A stretch of 64,000 nucleotides of DNA, taken from Eledone cirrhosa (lineage: Eukaryota). The position numbers and the translations under genes were made by a program. The notes below the pieces were generated by a model that saw nothing but the letters and a program-made list of their open reading frames with translations, had not been told where the DNA came from and searched no databases. Below, piece after piece: positions 1 to 14,129 of this stretch. Location: the NCBI GenBank assembly GCA_964016885.1, contig OZ024740.1, positions 438,712,001-438,776,000 of the forward strand, written 5' to 3'. Position 1 is the stretch's first letter. Every line of letters begins with the position of its first letter.

Positions 1-3000
1 GACACGTTAGAGATGTTAGATATGTTAGACATGTTAGATATGTTAGATATGTTAGATATGTTAGATATGTTAGATATGTTAGATATGTTAGATATGTTAG
101 ATTTGTTAGAGATGTTAGATATGTTAGATATGTTAGACATGTTAGACATATTAGATATGTTAGATATGTTAGATATGTTAGATATGTTAAATATGTTAGA
201 CATGTTAGACATGTTAGATATGTTAGATATGTTAGATATGTTAGATATGTTAGATATGTTAGATATGTTAGACATGTTCGATATGTTAGATATGTTAGAC
301 ATGTTAGATATGTTAGATATGTTAGATATGTTAGATATGTTAGATATGTTATATATGTTAGATAAGTTAGATATGTTAGATATGTTAGACATGTTAGATA
401 TGTTAGATATGTTAGATATGTTAGATATGTTAGACATGTTAGATATGTTAGATATGTTAGACATGTTAGATATGTTAGACATGTTAGATATGTTAGATAT
501 GTTAGATATGTTAGACATTTTAGATATGTTAGACATGTTAGATATGTTAGACATTTTAGACATGTAAGATATGTTAGATATGTTAGACATGTTAGATATG
601 TTAGATATGTTAGATATATTAGATATGTTAGATATGTTAGATATATTAAATATGTTAGATATGTTAGATATGTTAGATATGTTAGATATGCTAGACATGT
701 TAGAGATGTTAGATATGTTAGATATGTTAGACATGTTAGACATGTTAGATATGTTAGATATGTTACACATGTTAGATATGTTAGATATGTTAGATATGTT
801 AGACATGTTAGATATGTTAGATATGTTAGATATGTTAGATATGTTAGATATGTTAAATATGTTAGATATGTTAGATATGTTAGATATGTTAGACACGTTA
901 GAGATGTTAGATATGTTAGACATGTTAGATATGTTAGATATGTTAAATATGTTAGATATGTTAGATATGTTAGATTTGTTAGAGATGTTAGATATGTTAG
1001 ATATGTTAGATATGTTAAATATGTTAGACATGTTAGATATGTTAGATATGTTAGATATGTTAGATATGTTAGATATGTTAGATATGTTAGACATGTTAGA
1101 TATGTTAGATATGTTAGATATGTTAGATATGTTAGATATGTTAGATATGTTATATATGTTATATATGTTAGATAAGTTAGATATGTTAGATATGTTAGAC
1201 ATGTTAGATATGTTAGATATGTTAGATATGTTAGATATGTTATATATGTTAGATATGTTAGATATGTTAGATATGTTAGATATGTTAGATATGTTAGATT
1301 TGTTACAGATGTTAGATATGTTAGATATGTTAGACATGTTAGACATATTAGATATGTTAGATATGTTAGATATGTTAGATATGTTAAATATGTTAGATAT
1401 GTTAGACATGTTAGATATGTTAGATATGTTAGATATGTTAGATATGTTAGATATGTTAGACATGTTAGATATGTTAGATATGTTAGACATGTTAGATATG
1501 TTAGATATGTTAGATATGTTAGATATGTTAGATATGTTATATATGTTAGATAAGTTAGATATGTTAGATATGTTAGACATGTTAGATATGTTAGATATGT
1601 TAGATATGTTAGATATGTTAGATATGTTAGATATGTTAGATATGTTAGACATGTTAGATATGTTAGATATGTTAGACATGTTAGATATGTTAGACATGTT
1701 AGATATGTTAGATATGTTAGATATGTTAGACATTTTAGATATGTTAGACATGTTAGATATGTTAGACATTTTAGACATGTAAGATATGTTAGATATGTTA
1801 GACATGTTAGATATGTTAGATATGTTAGATATATTAGATATGTTAGATATGTTAGATATATTAAATATGTTAGATATGTTAGATATGTTAGATATGTTAG
1901 ATATGCTAGACATGTTAGATATGTTAGATATGTTAGATATGTTAGATATGTTAGATATGTTAGATATGTTAGATATGTTAAATATGTTAGATATGTTAGA
2001 TATGTTAAATATGTTAGATATGTTAGATATGTTAAATATGTTAGACATGTTAGATATGTTAGATATGTTAGATATGTTAGATATGTTAGATATGTTAGAT
2101 ATGTTAGACATGTTAGATATGTTAGATATGTTAGATATGTTAGATATGTTAGATATGTTAGATATGTTATATATGTTATATATGTTAGATAAGTTAGATA
2201 TGTTAGATATGTTAGACATGTTAGATATGTTAGATATGTTAGATATGTTAGATATGTTATATATGTTAGATATGTTAGATATGTTAGATATGTTAGATAT
2301 GTTAGATATGTTAGATTTGTTAGAGATGTTAGATATGTTAAATATGTTAGACATTTTAGATATGTTAGATATGTTAGATATGTTAGATATGTTAGACATT
2401 TTAGATATGTTAGATATGTTAGATATGTTAGATATGTTAGATATGCTAGACATGTTAGAGATGTTAGATATGTTAGATATGTTAGACATGTTAGACATGT
2501 TAGATATGTTAGATATGTTAGACATGTTAGATATGTTAGATATGTTAGATATGTTAGATATGTTAGATATGTTAAATATGTTAGATATGTTAGATATGTT
2601 AAATATGTTAGACACGTTAGAGATGTTAGATATGTTAGACATGTTAGATATGTTAGATATGTTAAATATGTTAGATATGTTAGATATGTTAGATTTGTTA
2701 GAGATGTTAGATATGTTAGATATGTTAGACATGTTAGACATATTAGATATGTTAGATATGTTAGATATGTTAGATATGTTAAATATGTTAGACATGTTAG
2801 ATATGTTAGATATGTTAGATATGTTAGATATGTTAGATATGTTGGATATGTTAGATATGTTAGACATGTTAGATATGTTAGATATGTTAGATATGTTAGA
2901 TATGTTAGATATGTTAGATATGTTAGATATGTTATATATGTTAGATAAGTTAGATATGTTAGATATGTTAGACATGTTAGATATGTTAGATATGTTAGAT

Positions 3001-6000
3001 ATGTTAGATATGTTATATATGTTAGATATGTTAGATATGTTAGATATGTTAGATATGTTAGATATGTTAGATTTGTTAGAGATGTTAGATATGTTAGATA
3101 TGTTAGACATGTTAGACATATTAGATATGTTAGATATGTTAGATATGTTAAATATGTTAGATATGTTAGACATGTTAGATATGTTAGATATGTTAGATAT
3201 GTTAGATATGTTAGATATGTTATATATGTTAGATAAGTTAGATATGTTAGATATGTTAGACATGTTAGATATGTTAGATATGTAAGATATGTTAGATATG
3301 TTAGATATGTTAGATATGTTAGATATGTTAGATATGTTAGACATGTTAGATATGTTAGATATGTTAGACATGTTAGATATGTTAGACATGTTAGATATGT
3401 TAGATATGTTAGATATGTTAGATATGTTAGATATGTTAAATATGTTAGATATGTTAGATATGTTAAATATGTTAGACACGTTAGAGATGTTAGATATGTT
3501 AGACATGTTAGATATGTTAGATATGTTAAATATGTTAGATATGTTAGATATGTTAGATTTGTTAGAGATGTTAGATATGTTAGATATGTTAGACATGTTA
3601 GACATATTAGATATGTTAGATATGTTAGATATGTTAGATATGTTAAATATGTTAGACATGTTAGATATGTTAGATATGTTAGATATGTTAGATATGTTAG
3701 ATATGTTGGATATGTTAGATATGTTAGACATGTTAGATATGTTAGATATGTTAGATATGTTAGATATGTTAGATATGTTAGATATGTTAGATATGTTATA
3801 TATGTTAGATAAGTTAGATATGTTAGATATGTTAGACATGTTAGATATGTTAGATATGTTAGATATGTTAGATATGTTATATATGTTAGATATGTTAGAT
3901 ATGTTAGATATGTTAGATATGTTAGATATGTTAGACATGTTAGACATATTAGATATGTTAGATATGTTAGATATGTTAAATATGTTAGATATGTTAGACA
4001 TGTTAGATATGTTAGATATGTTAGATATGTTAGATATGTTAGATATGTTATATATGTTAGATAAGTTAGATATGTTAGATATGTTAGACATGTTAGATAT
4101 GTTAGATATGTAAGATATGTTAGATATGTTAGATATGTTAGATATGTTAGATATGTTAGATATGTTAGATATGTTAAATATGTTAGATATGTTAGATATG
4201 TTAGATTTGTTAGAGATGTTAGATATGTTAGATATGTTAGACATGTTAGACATATTAGATATGTTAGATATGTTAGATATGTTAGACATGTTAGATATGT
4301 TAGATATGTAAGATATGTTAGATATGTTAGATATGTTAGATATGTTAGATATGTTAGATATGCTAGACATGTTAGAGATGTTAGATATGTTAGATATGTT
4401 AGACATGTTAGACATGTTAGATATGTTAGATATGTTAGACATGTTAGATATGTTAGATATGTTAGATATGTTAGATATGTTAGATATGTTATATATGTTA
4501 GATAAGTTAGATATGTTAGATATGTTAGACATGTTAGATATGTTAGATATGTTAGATATGTTAGATATGTTAGATATGTTAGATATGTTAGATATGTTAG
4601 ACATGTTAGATATGTTAGATATGTTAGACATGTTAGATATGTTAGACATGTTAGATATGTTAGATATGTTAGATATGTTAGACATTTTAGATATGTTAGA
4701 CATGTTAGATATGTTAGACATTTTAGACATGTAAGATATGTTAGATATGTTAGACATGTTAGATATGTTAGATATGTTAGATATATTAGATATGTTAGAT
4801 ATGTTAGATATATTAAATATGTTAGATATGTTAGATATGTTAGATATGTTAAATATGCTAGACATGTTAGAGATGTTAGATATGTTAGATATGTTAGACA
4901 TGTTAGACATGTTAGATATGTTAGATATGTTAGACATGTTAGATATGTTAGATATGTTAGATATGTTAGATATGTTAGATATGTTAGATATGTTAGATAT
5001 GTTAAATATGTTAGATATGTTAGATATGTTAAATATGTTAGACATGTTAGATATGTTAGATATGTTAGATATGTTAGATATGTTAGATATGTTAGATATG
5101 TTAGACATGTTAGATATGTTAGATATGTTAGATATGTTAGATATGTTAGATATGTTAGATATGTTATATATGTTATATATGTTAGATAAGTTAGATATGT
5201 TAGATATGTTAGACATGTTAGATATGTTAGATATGTTAGATATGTTAGATATGTTATATATGTTAGATATGTTAGATATGTTAGATATGTTAGATATGTT
5301 AGATATGTTAGATTTGTTAGAGATGTTAGATATGTTAAATATGTTAGATATTTTAGACATGTTAGATATGTTAGATATGTTAGATATGTTAGATATGTTA
5401 GATATGTTAGACATGTTAGATATGTTAGATATGTTAGACATGTTAGATATGTTAGATATGTTAGATATGTTAGATATGTTAGATATGTTATATATGTTAG
5501 ATAAGTTAGATATGTTAGATATGTTAGACATGTTAGATATGTTAGATATGTTAGATATGTTAGATATGTTAGATATGTTAGATATGTTAGATATGTTAGA
5601 CATGTTAGATATGTTAGATATGTTAGACATGTTAGATATGTTAGACATGTTAGATATGTTAGATATGTTAGATATGTTAGACATTTTAGATATGTTAGAC
5701 ATGTTAGATATGTTAGACATTTTAGACATGTAAGATATGTTAGATATGTTAGACATGTTAGATATGTTAGATATGTTAGATATATTAGATATGTTAGATA
5801 TGTTAGATATATTAAATATGTTAGATATGTTAGATATGTTAGATATGTTAGATATGCTAGACATGTTAGAGATGTTAGATATGTTAGATATGTTAGACAT
5901 GTTAGACATGTTAGATATGTTAGATATGTTAGACATGTTAGATATGTTAGATATGTTAGATATGTTAGACATGTTAGATATGTTAGATATGTTAGATATG

Positions 6001-9000
6001 TTACATATGTTAGATATGTTAAATATGTTAGATATGTTAGATATGTTAAATATGTTAGACACGTTAGAGATGTTAGATATGTTAGACATGTTAGATATGT
6101 TAGATATGTTAAATATGTTAGATATGTTAGATATGTTAGATTTGTTAGAGATGTTAGATATGTTAGATATGTTAGACATGTTAGACATATTAGATATGTT
6201 AGATATGTTAGATATGTTAGATATGTTAAATATGTTAGACATGTTAGATATGTTAGATATGTTAGATATGTTAGATATGTTAGATATGTTGGATATGTTA
6301 GATATGTTAGACATGTTAGATATGTTAGATATGTTAGATATGTTAGATATGTTAGATATGTTAGATATGTTAGATATGTTATATATGTTAGATAAGTTAG
6401 ATATGTTAGATATGTTAGACATGTTAGATATGTTAGATATGTTAGATATGTTAGATATGTTATATATGTTAGATATGTTAGATATGTTAGATATGTTAGA
6501 TATGTTAGATATGTTAGATTTGTTAGAGATGTTAGATATGTTAGATATGTTAGACATGTTAGACATATTAGATATGTTAGATATGTTAGATATGTTAAAT
6601 ATGTTAGATATGTTAGACATGTTAGATATGTTAGATATGTTAGATATGTTAGATATGTTAGATATGTTATATATGTTAGATAAGTTAGATATGTTAGATA
6701 TGTTAGACATGTTAGATATGTTAGATATGTAAGATATGTTAGATATGTTAGATATGTTAGATATGTTAGATATGTTAGATATGTTAGACATGTTAGATAT
6801 GTTAGATATGTTAGACATGTTAGATATGTTAGACATGTTAGATATGTTAGATATGTTAGATATGTTAGATATGTTAGATATGTTAAATATGTTAGATATG
6901 TTAGATATGTTAAATATGTTAGACACGTTAGAGATGTTAGATATGTTAGACATGTTAGATATGTTAGATATGTTAAATATGTTAGATATGTTAGATATGT
7001 TAGATTTGTTAGAGATGTTAGATATGTTAGATATGTTAGACATGTTAGACATATTAGATATGTTAGATATGTTAGATATGTTAGATATGTTAAATATGTT
7101 AGACATGTTAGATATGTTAGATATGTTAGATATGTTAGATATGTTAGATATGTTGGATATGTTAGATATGTTAGACATGTTAGATATGTTAGATATGTTA
7201 GATATGTTAGATATGTTAGATATGTTAGATATGTTAGATATGTTATATATGTTAGATAAGTTAGATATGTTAGATATGTTAGACATGTTAGATATGTTAG
7301 ATATGTTAGATATGTTAGATATGTTATATATGTTAGATATGTTAGATATGTTAGATATGTTAGATATGTTAGATATGTTAGACATGTTAGACATATTAGA
7401 TATGTTAGATATGTTAGATATGTTAAATATGTTAGATATGTTAGACATGTTAGATATGTTACATATGTTAGATATGTTAGATATGTTAGATATGTTATAT
7501 ATGTTAGATAAGTTAGATATGTTAGATATGTTAGACATGTTAGATATGTTAGATATGTAAGATATGTTAGATATGTTAGATATGTTAGATATGTTAGATA
7601 TGTTAGATATGTTAGACATGTTAGATATGTTAGATATGTTAGACATGTTAGATATGTTAGACATGTAAGATATGTTAGATATGTTAGATATGTTAGACAT
7701 GTTAGATATGTTAGATATGTTATGTTAGATATGTTAGATATGTTAGATATGTTAAACATGTTAGATATGTTAGACATGTTAGATATGCTAGACATGTTAG
7801 AGATGTTAGATATGTTAGATATGTTAGACATGTTAGAGATGTTAGATATGTTAGATATGTTAGACATGTTAGATATGTTAGATATGTTAGATTTGTTAGA
7901 GATGTTAGATATGTTAGATATGTTAGACATGTTAGATATGTTAGATTTGTTAGAGATGTTAGATATGTTAAATATGTTAGACATGTTAGATATGTTAGAC
8001 ATTTTAGACATGTAAGATATGTTAGATATGTTAGACATGTTAGATATGTTAGATATGTTAGATATATTAGATATGTTAGATATGTTAGATATATTAAATA
8101 TGTTAGATATGTTAGATATGTTAGATATGTTAGATATGCTAGACATGTTAGAGATGTTAGATATGTTAGATATGTTAGACATGTTAGACATGTTAGATAT
8201 GTTAGATATGTTAGACATGTTAGATATGTTAGATATGTTAGATATGTTAGACATGTTAGATATGTTAGATATGTTAGATATGTTAGATATGTTAGATATG
8301 TTAAATATGTTAGATATGTTAGATATGTTAAATATGTTAGACACGTTAGAGATGTTAGATATGTTAGACATGTTAGATATGTTAGATATGTTAAATATGT
8401 TAGATATGTTAGATATGTTAGATTTGTTAGAGATGTTAGATATGTTAGATATGTTAGACATGTTAGACATATTAGATATGTTAGATATGTTAGATATGTT
8501 AGATATGTTAAATATGTTAGATATGTTAGATATGTTAGATATGTTAGATATGTTAGATATGTTAGATATGTTGGATATGTTAGATATGTTAGACATGTTA
8601 GATATGTTAGATATGTTAGATATGTTAGATATGTTAGATATGTTAGATATGTTAGATATGTTAGATTTGTTAGAGATGTTAGATATGTTAGATATGTTAG
8701 ACATGTTAGACATATTAGATATGTTAGATATGTTAGATATGTTAAATATGTTAGATATGTTAGACATGTTAGATATGTTAGATATGTTAGATATGTTAGA
8801 TATGTTAGATATGTTATATATGTTAGATATGTTAGATATGTTAGATAAGTTAGATATGTTAGATATGTTAGACATGTTAGATATGTTAGATATGTTAGAT
8901 ATGTTAGATATGTTAGATATGTTAGATATGTTAGATATGTTAGATATGTTAGATATGTTAGATTTGTTAGAGATGTTAGATATGTTAGATATGTTAGACA

Positions 9001-9816
9001 TGTTAGACATATTAGATATGTTAGATATGTTAGATATGTTAAATATGTTAGATATGTTAGACATGTTAGATATGTTAGATATGTTAGATATGTTAGATAT
9101 GTTAGATATGTTATATATGTTAGATAAGTTAGATATGTTAGATATGTTAGACATGTTAGATATGTTAGATATGTTAGATATGTTAGATATGTTATATATG
9201 TTAGATATGTTAGATATGTTAGATATGTTAGATATGTTAGATATGTTAGATTTGTTAGAGATGTTAGATATGTTAGATATGTTAGACATGTTAGACATAT
9301 TAGATATGTTAGATATGTTAGATATGTTAAATATGTTAGATATGTTAGACATGTTAGATATGTTAGATATGTTAGATATGTTAGATATGTTAGATATGTT
9401 ATATATGTTAGATAAGTGAGATATGTTAGATATGTTAGACATGTTAGATATGTTAGATATGTAAGATATGTTAGATATGTTAGATATGTTAGATATGTTA
9501 GATATGTTAGATATGTTAGACATGTTAGATATGTTAGATATGTTAGACATGTTAGATATGTTAGACATGTAAGATATGTTAGATATGTTAGATATGTTAG
9601 ACATGTTAGATATGTTAGATATGTTATGTTAGATATGTTAGATATGTTAGATATGTTAAACATGTTAGATATGTTAGACATGTTAGATATGCTAGACATG
9701 TTAGAGATGTTAGATATGTTAGATATGTTAGACATGTTAGAGATGTTAGATATGTTAGATATGTTAGACATGTTAGATATGTTAGATATGTTAGATATGT
9801 TAGACATGTTAGATAT
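1..9816 (+). repeat. Copy A of a near-identical block of at least 9.8 kb (period 14,129/14,138 bp)
   Basis: ORF boundaries recur at a constant offset: 1786/15924, 3289/17427, 4117/18255, 4315/18453, 4738/18876, 5737/19875, 6736/20874, 7722/21860, 8019/22157, 9416/23554 (all +14138). Positions 1/14130 and 571/14700 are offset by +14129. Confidence 0.95.
2560..4170 (+). repeat. ~1.6 kb block repeated at +3447 (about 6007-7617); internally two tandem HOR units of 828-864 bp
   Basis: GACACG at 2611/6058 and ORFs 3289/6736 are offset by +3447. Internal markers GACACG 2611/3475 and TTGGAT ~2843/3707 are offset by +864, and the TAA monomers ending 3285/4113 by +828. Confidence 0.85.
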
Positions 9817-9899
9817 TTTAGATATGTTAGATATGTTAGATATGTTAGACATATTAGATATGTTAGACATGTTAGACATGTTAGATATGTTAGCTATGT

Positions 9900-11320
9900 T
9901 AGATATGTTAGACATGTTAGATATGTTAGACATGTTAGATATGTTAGATATGTTATGTTAGATATGTTAGATATGTTAGACATGTTAGATATGTTTGATA
10001 TGTTAGATATGTTAGATATGTTAGATATGTTAGACATGTTAGATATATTAAATATGTTAGATATGTTAGATATGTTAGATATGTTAGATATGTTAGATAT
10101 GTTAGATATGTTAGATATGTTAGACATGTTAGATATATTAAATATGTTAGATATGTTAGATATGTTAGATATGTTAGATATGTTAGACATGTTAGATATG
10201 TTTGATATGTTAGATATGTTAGATATGTTAGATATGTTAGATATGTTAGATATGTTAGACATGTTAGATATGTTTGATATGTTAGACATGTTAGATATGT
10301 TAGATATGTTAAATATGTTAGATATGTTAGATATGTTAGATATGTTAGATATGTTAGACATGTTAGATATGTTAGATATGTTAGATATGTTAGACATGTT
10401 AGATATGTTTGATATGTTAGATATGTTAGATATGTTAGATATGTTAGACATGTTAGATATGTTAGATATGTTAAATATGTTAGATATGTTAGATATGTTA
10501 GATATGTTAGATATGTTAGACATGTTAGATATGTTTGATATGTTAGATATGTTAGATATGTTAAATATGTTAGATATGTTAGATATGTTAGATATGTTAG
10601 ATATGTTAGATATGTTAGATATGTTAGATATGTTAGATATGTTAGACATGTTAGATATATTAAATATGTTAGATATGTTAGATATGTTAGATATGTTAGA
10701 TATGTTAGATATGTTAGACATGTTAGATATATTAAATATGTTAGATATGTTAGATATGTTAGATATGTTAGATATGTTAGATATGTTAGATATGTTAGAT
10801 ATGTTAGACATGTTAGATATATTAAATATGTTAGATATGTTTGATATGTTAGATATGTTAGATATGTTAGATATGTTAGACATGTTAGATATATTAAATA
10901 TGTTAGATATGTTAGATATGTTAGATATGTTAGATATGTTAGACATGTTAGATATGTTTGATATGTTAGATATGTTAGATATGTTAAATATGTTAGATAT
11001 GTTAGATATGTTAGATATGTTAGATATGTTAGACATGTTAGATATGTTTGATATGTTAGATATGTTAGATATGTTAAATATGTTAGATATGTTAGATATG
11101 TTAGACATGTTAGATATGTTAGATATGTTAGATATGTTAGACATGTTAGATATGTTAGATATGTTAGATATGTTAGATATGTTAGATATCTTAGATATGT
11201 TAGACATGTTAGATATGTTAGATATGTTAGATATGTTAGACATGTTAGATATGTTAGATATGTTAGATATGTTAGATATGTTAGATATGTTAGACATGTT
11301 AGATATGTTAGATATGTTAG
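9900..11320 (+). repeat. Distinct satellite subdomain enriched in ATGTTTGAT and ATATTAAAT monomers
   Basis: TTTGAT at about 9994, 10201, 10273, 10408, 10534, 10840, 10957 and 11047, and six ATATTAAAT monomers. The ACGTTAGAG, TTGTTAGAG and AAGTTAGAT words are absent. Confidence 0.85.
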
Positions 11321-14129
11321 ATTTGTTAGACATGTTAGATATGTTAGATATGTTAGACATGTTAGACATATTAGATATGTTAGATATGTTAGATATGTTA
11401 AATATGTTAGATATGTTAGACATGTTAGATATGTTAGATATGTTAGATATGTTAGATATGTTATATATGTTAGATAAGTTAGATATGTTAGATATGTTAG
11501 ACATGTTAGATATGTTAGATATGTAAGATATGTTAGATATGTTAGATATGTTAGATATGTTAGATACGTTAGATATGTTAGACATGTTAGATATGTTAGA
11601 TATGTTAGACATGTTAGATATGTTAGACATGTTAGATATGTTAGATATGTTAGATATGTTAGACATGTTAGATATGTTAGATATGTTATGTTAGATATGT
11701 TAGATATGTTAGATATGCTAGACATGTTAGAGATGTTAGACATGTTAGATATGCTAGACATGTTAGAGATGTTAGATATGTTAGACATGTTAGATATGTT
11801 AGATATGTTATGTTAGATATGTTAGATATGTTAGATATGCTAGACATGTTAGAGATGTTAGACATGTTAGATATGCTAGACATGTTAGAGATGTTAGACA
11901 TGTTAGACATGTTAGATATGTTAGATATGTTAGACATGTTAGATATGTTAGATATGTTAGATATGTTAGACATGTTAGATATGTTAGATATGTTAGATAT
12001 GTTAGATATTTTAGATATGTTAAATATGTTAGATATGTTAGACATGTTAGACATGTTAGATATGTTTGATATGTTAGACATGTTAGATATGTTAGATATG
12101 TTAGATATGTTAGACATGTTAGATATGTTAGATATGTTAGATATGTTAGATATGTTAGATATGTTAAATATATTAGATATGTTAGTGATGTTAGATATGT
12201 TAGACATGTTAGATATGTTAGATATGTTAGATATGTTAGATATGTTAGATATGATAGATATGTTAGATTTGTTACAGATGTTAGATATGTTAGATATGTT
12301 AGACATGTTAGACATATTAGATATGTTAGATATGTTAGATATGTTAGATATGTTAAATATGTTAGATATGTTAGATATGTTAGATATGTTAGACACGTTA
12401 GAGATGTTAGATATGTTAGACATGTTAGATATGTTAGATATGTTAGATATGTTAGACATGTTAGATATGTTAGACATTTTAGACATGTAAGATATGTTAG
12501 ATATGTTAGATATATTAGATATGTTAGATATGTTAGATATGTTAGATATGTTAGACATGTTAGATATGTTAGATATGCTAGACATGTTAGATATGTTAGA
12601 TATGTTAGACAGGTTAGATATGTTAGACATGCTAGATATGTTAGACATGTTTGATATGTTAGACATGATATATATGTTAGATATGTTAGATATGTTATAT
12701 ATGTTAGATATGTTATATATGTTAGATATGTTAGACATGTTAGATATGTTAGATATGTTAGATATGTTAGATATGTTATGTTAGATATGTTAGATATGTT
12801 AGATATGTTAAACATGTTAGATATGTTAGACATGTTAGATATGCTAGACATGTTAGAGATGTTAGATATGTTAGATTTGTTAGAGATGTTAGATATGTTA
12901 GATATGTTAGACATGTTAGATATGTTAGATATGTTAGATATGTTAGATATGTTAGATATGTTAGACATGTTAGATATGTTAGATATGTTTGACATGTTAG
13001 ATATGTTAGATATGTTAGATATGTTAGATATGTTAGATAAGTTAGATATGTTAGATATGTTAGACATGTTACATATGTTAGATATGTTAGATATGTTAGA
13101 CATGTTAGATATGTTAGATATGTTAGATATGTTAGATATGTTAGATATGTTAAATATGTTAGATATGTTAGATATGTTAGATATGTTAGACACGTTAGAG
13201 ATGTTAGATATGTTAGACATGTTAGATATGTTAGATATGTTAGATATGTTAGACATGTTAGATATGTTAGACATTTTAGACATGTAAGATATGTTAGATA
13301 TGTTAGACATGTTAGATATGTTAGATATGTTAGATATATTAGATATGTTAGATATGTTAGATATATTAGATATGTTAGATATGTTAGATATGTTAGATAT
13401 GTTAGACATGTTAGATATGTTAGATATGCTAGACATGTTAGATATGTTAGATATGTTAGACAGGTTAGATATGTTAGACATGCTAGATATGTTAGACATG
13501 TTTGATATGTTAGATATGTTATATATGTTAGATAAGTTAGATATGTTAGATATGTTAGACGTGTTACATATGTTAGATATGTTAGATATGTTAGACATGT
13601 TAGATATGTTAGATATGTTAGATATGTTAGATATGTTAGATATGTTAAATATGTTAGATATGTTAGATATGTTAGACGTGTTACATATGTTAGATATGTT
13701 AGATATGTTAGACAGGTTAGATATGTTAGACATGCTAGATATGTTAGACATGTTTGATATGTTAGACATGATATATATGTTAGATATGTTAGATATGTTA
13801 TATATGTTAGATATGTTAGACATGTTAGATATGTTAGATATGTTAGATATGTTAGATATGTTATGTTAGATATGTTAGATATGTTAGATATGTTAAACAT
13901 GTTAGATATGTTAGACATGTTAGATATGCTAGACATGTTAGAGATGTTAGATATGTTAGATATGTTAGACATGTTAGACATGTTAGATATGTTAGATATG
14001 TTAGACATGTTAGATATGTTAGATATGTTAGATATGTTAGACATGTTAGATATGTTAGATATGTTAGATATGTTAGATATGTTAGATATGTTAAATATGT
14101 TAGATATGTTAGATATGTTAGATATGTTA

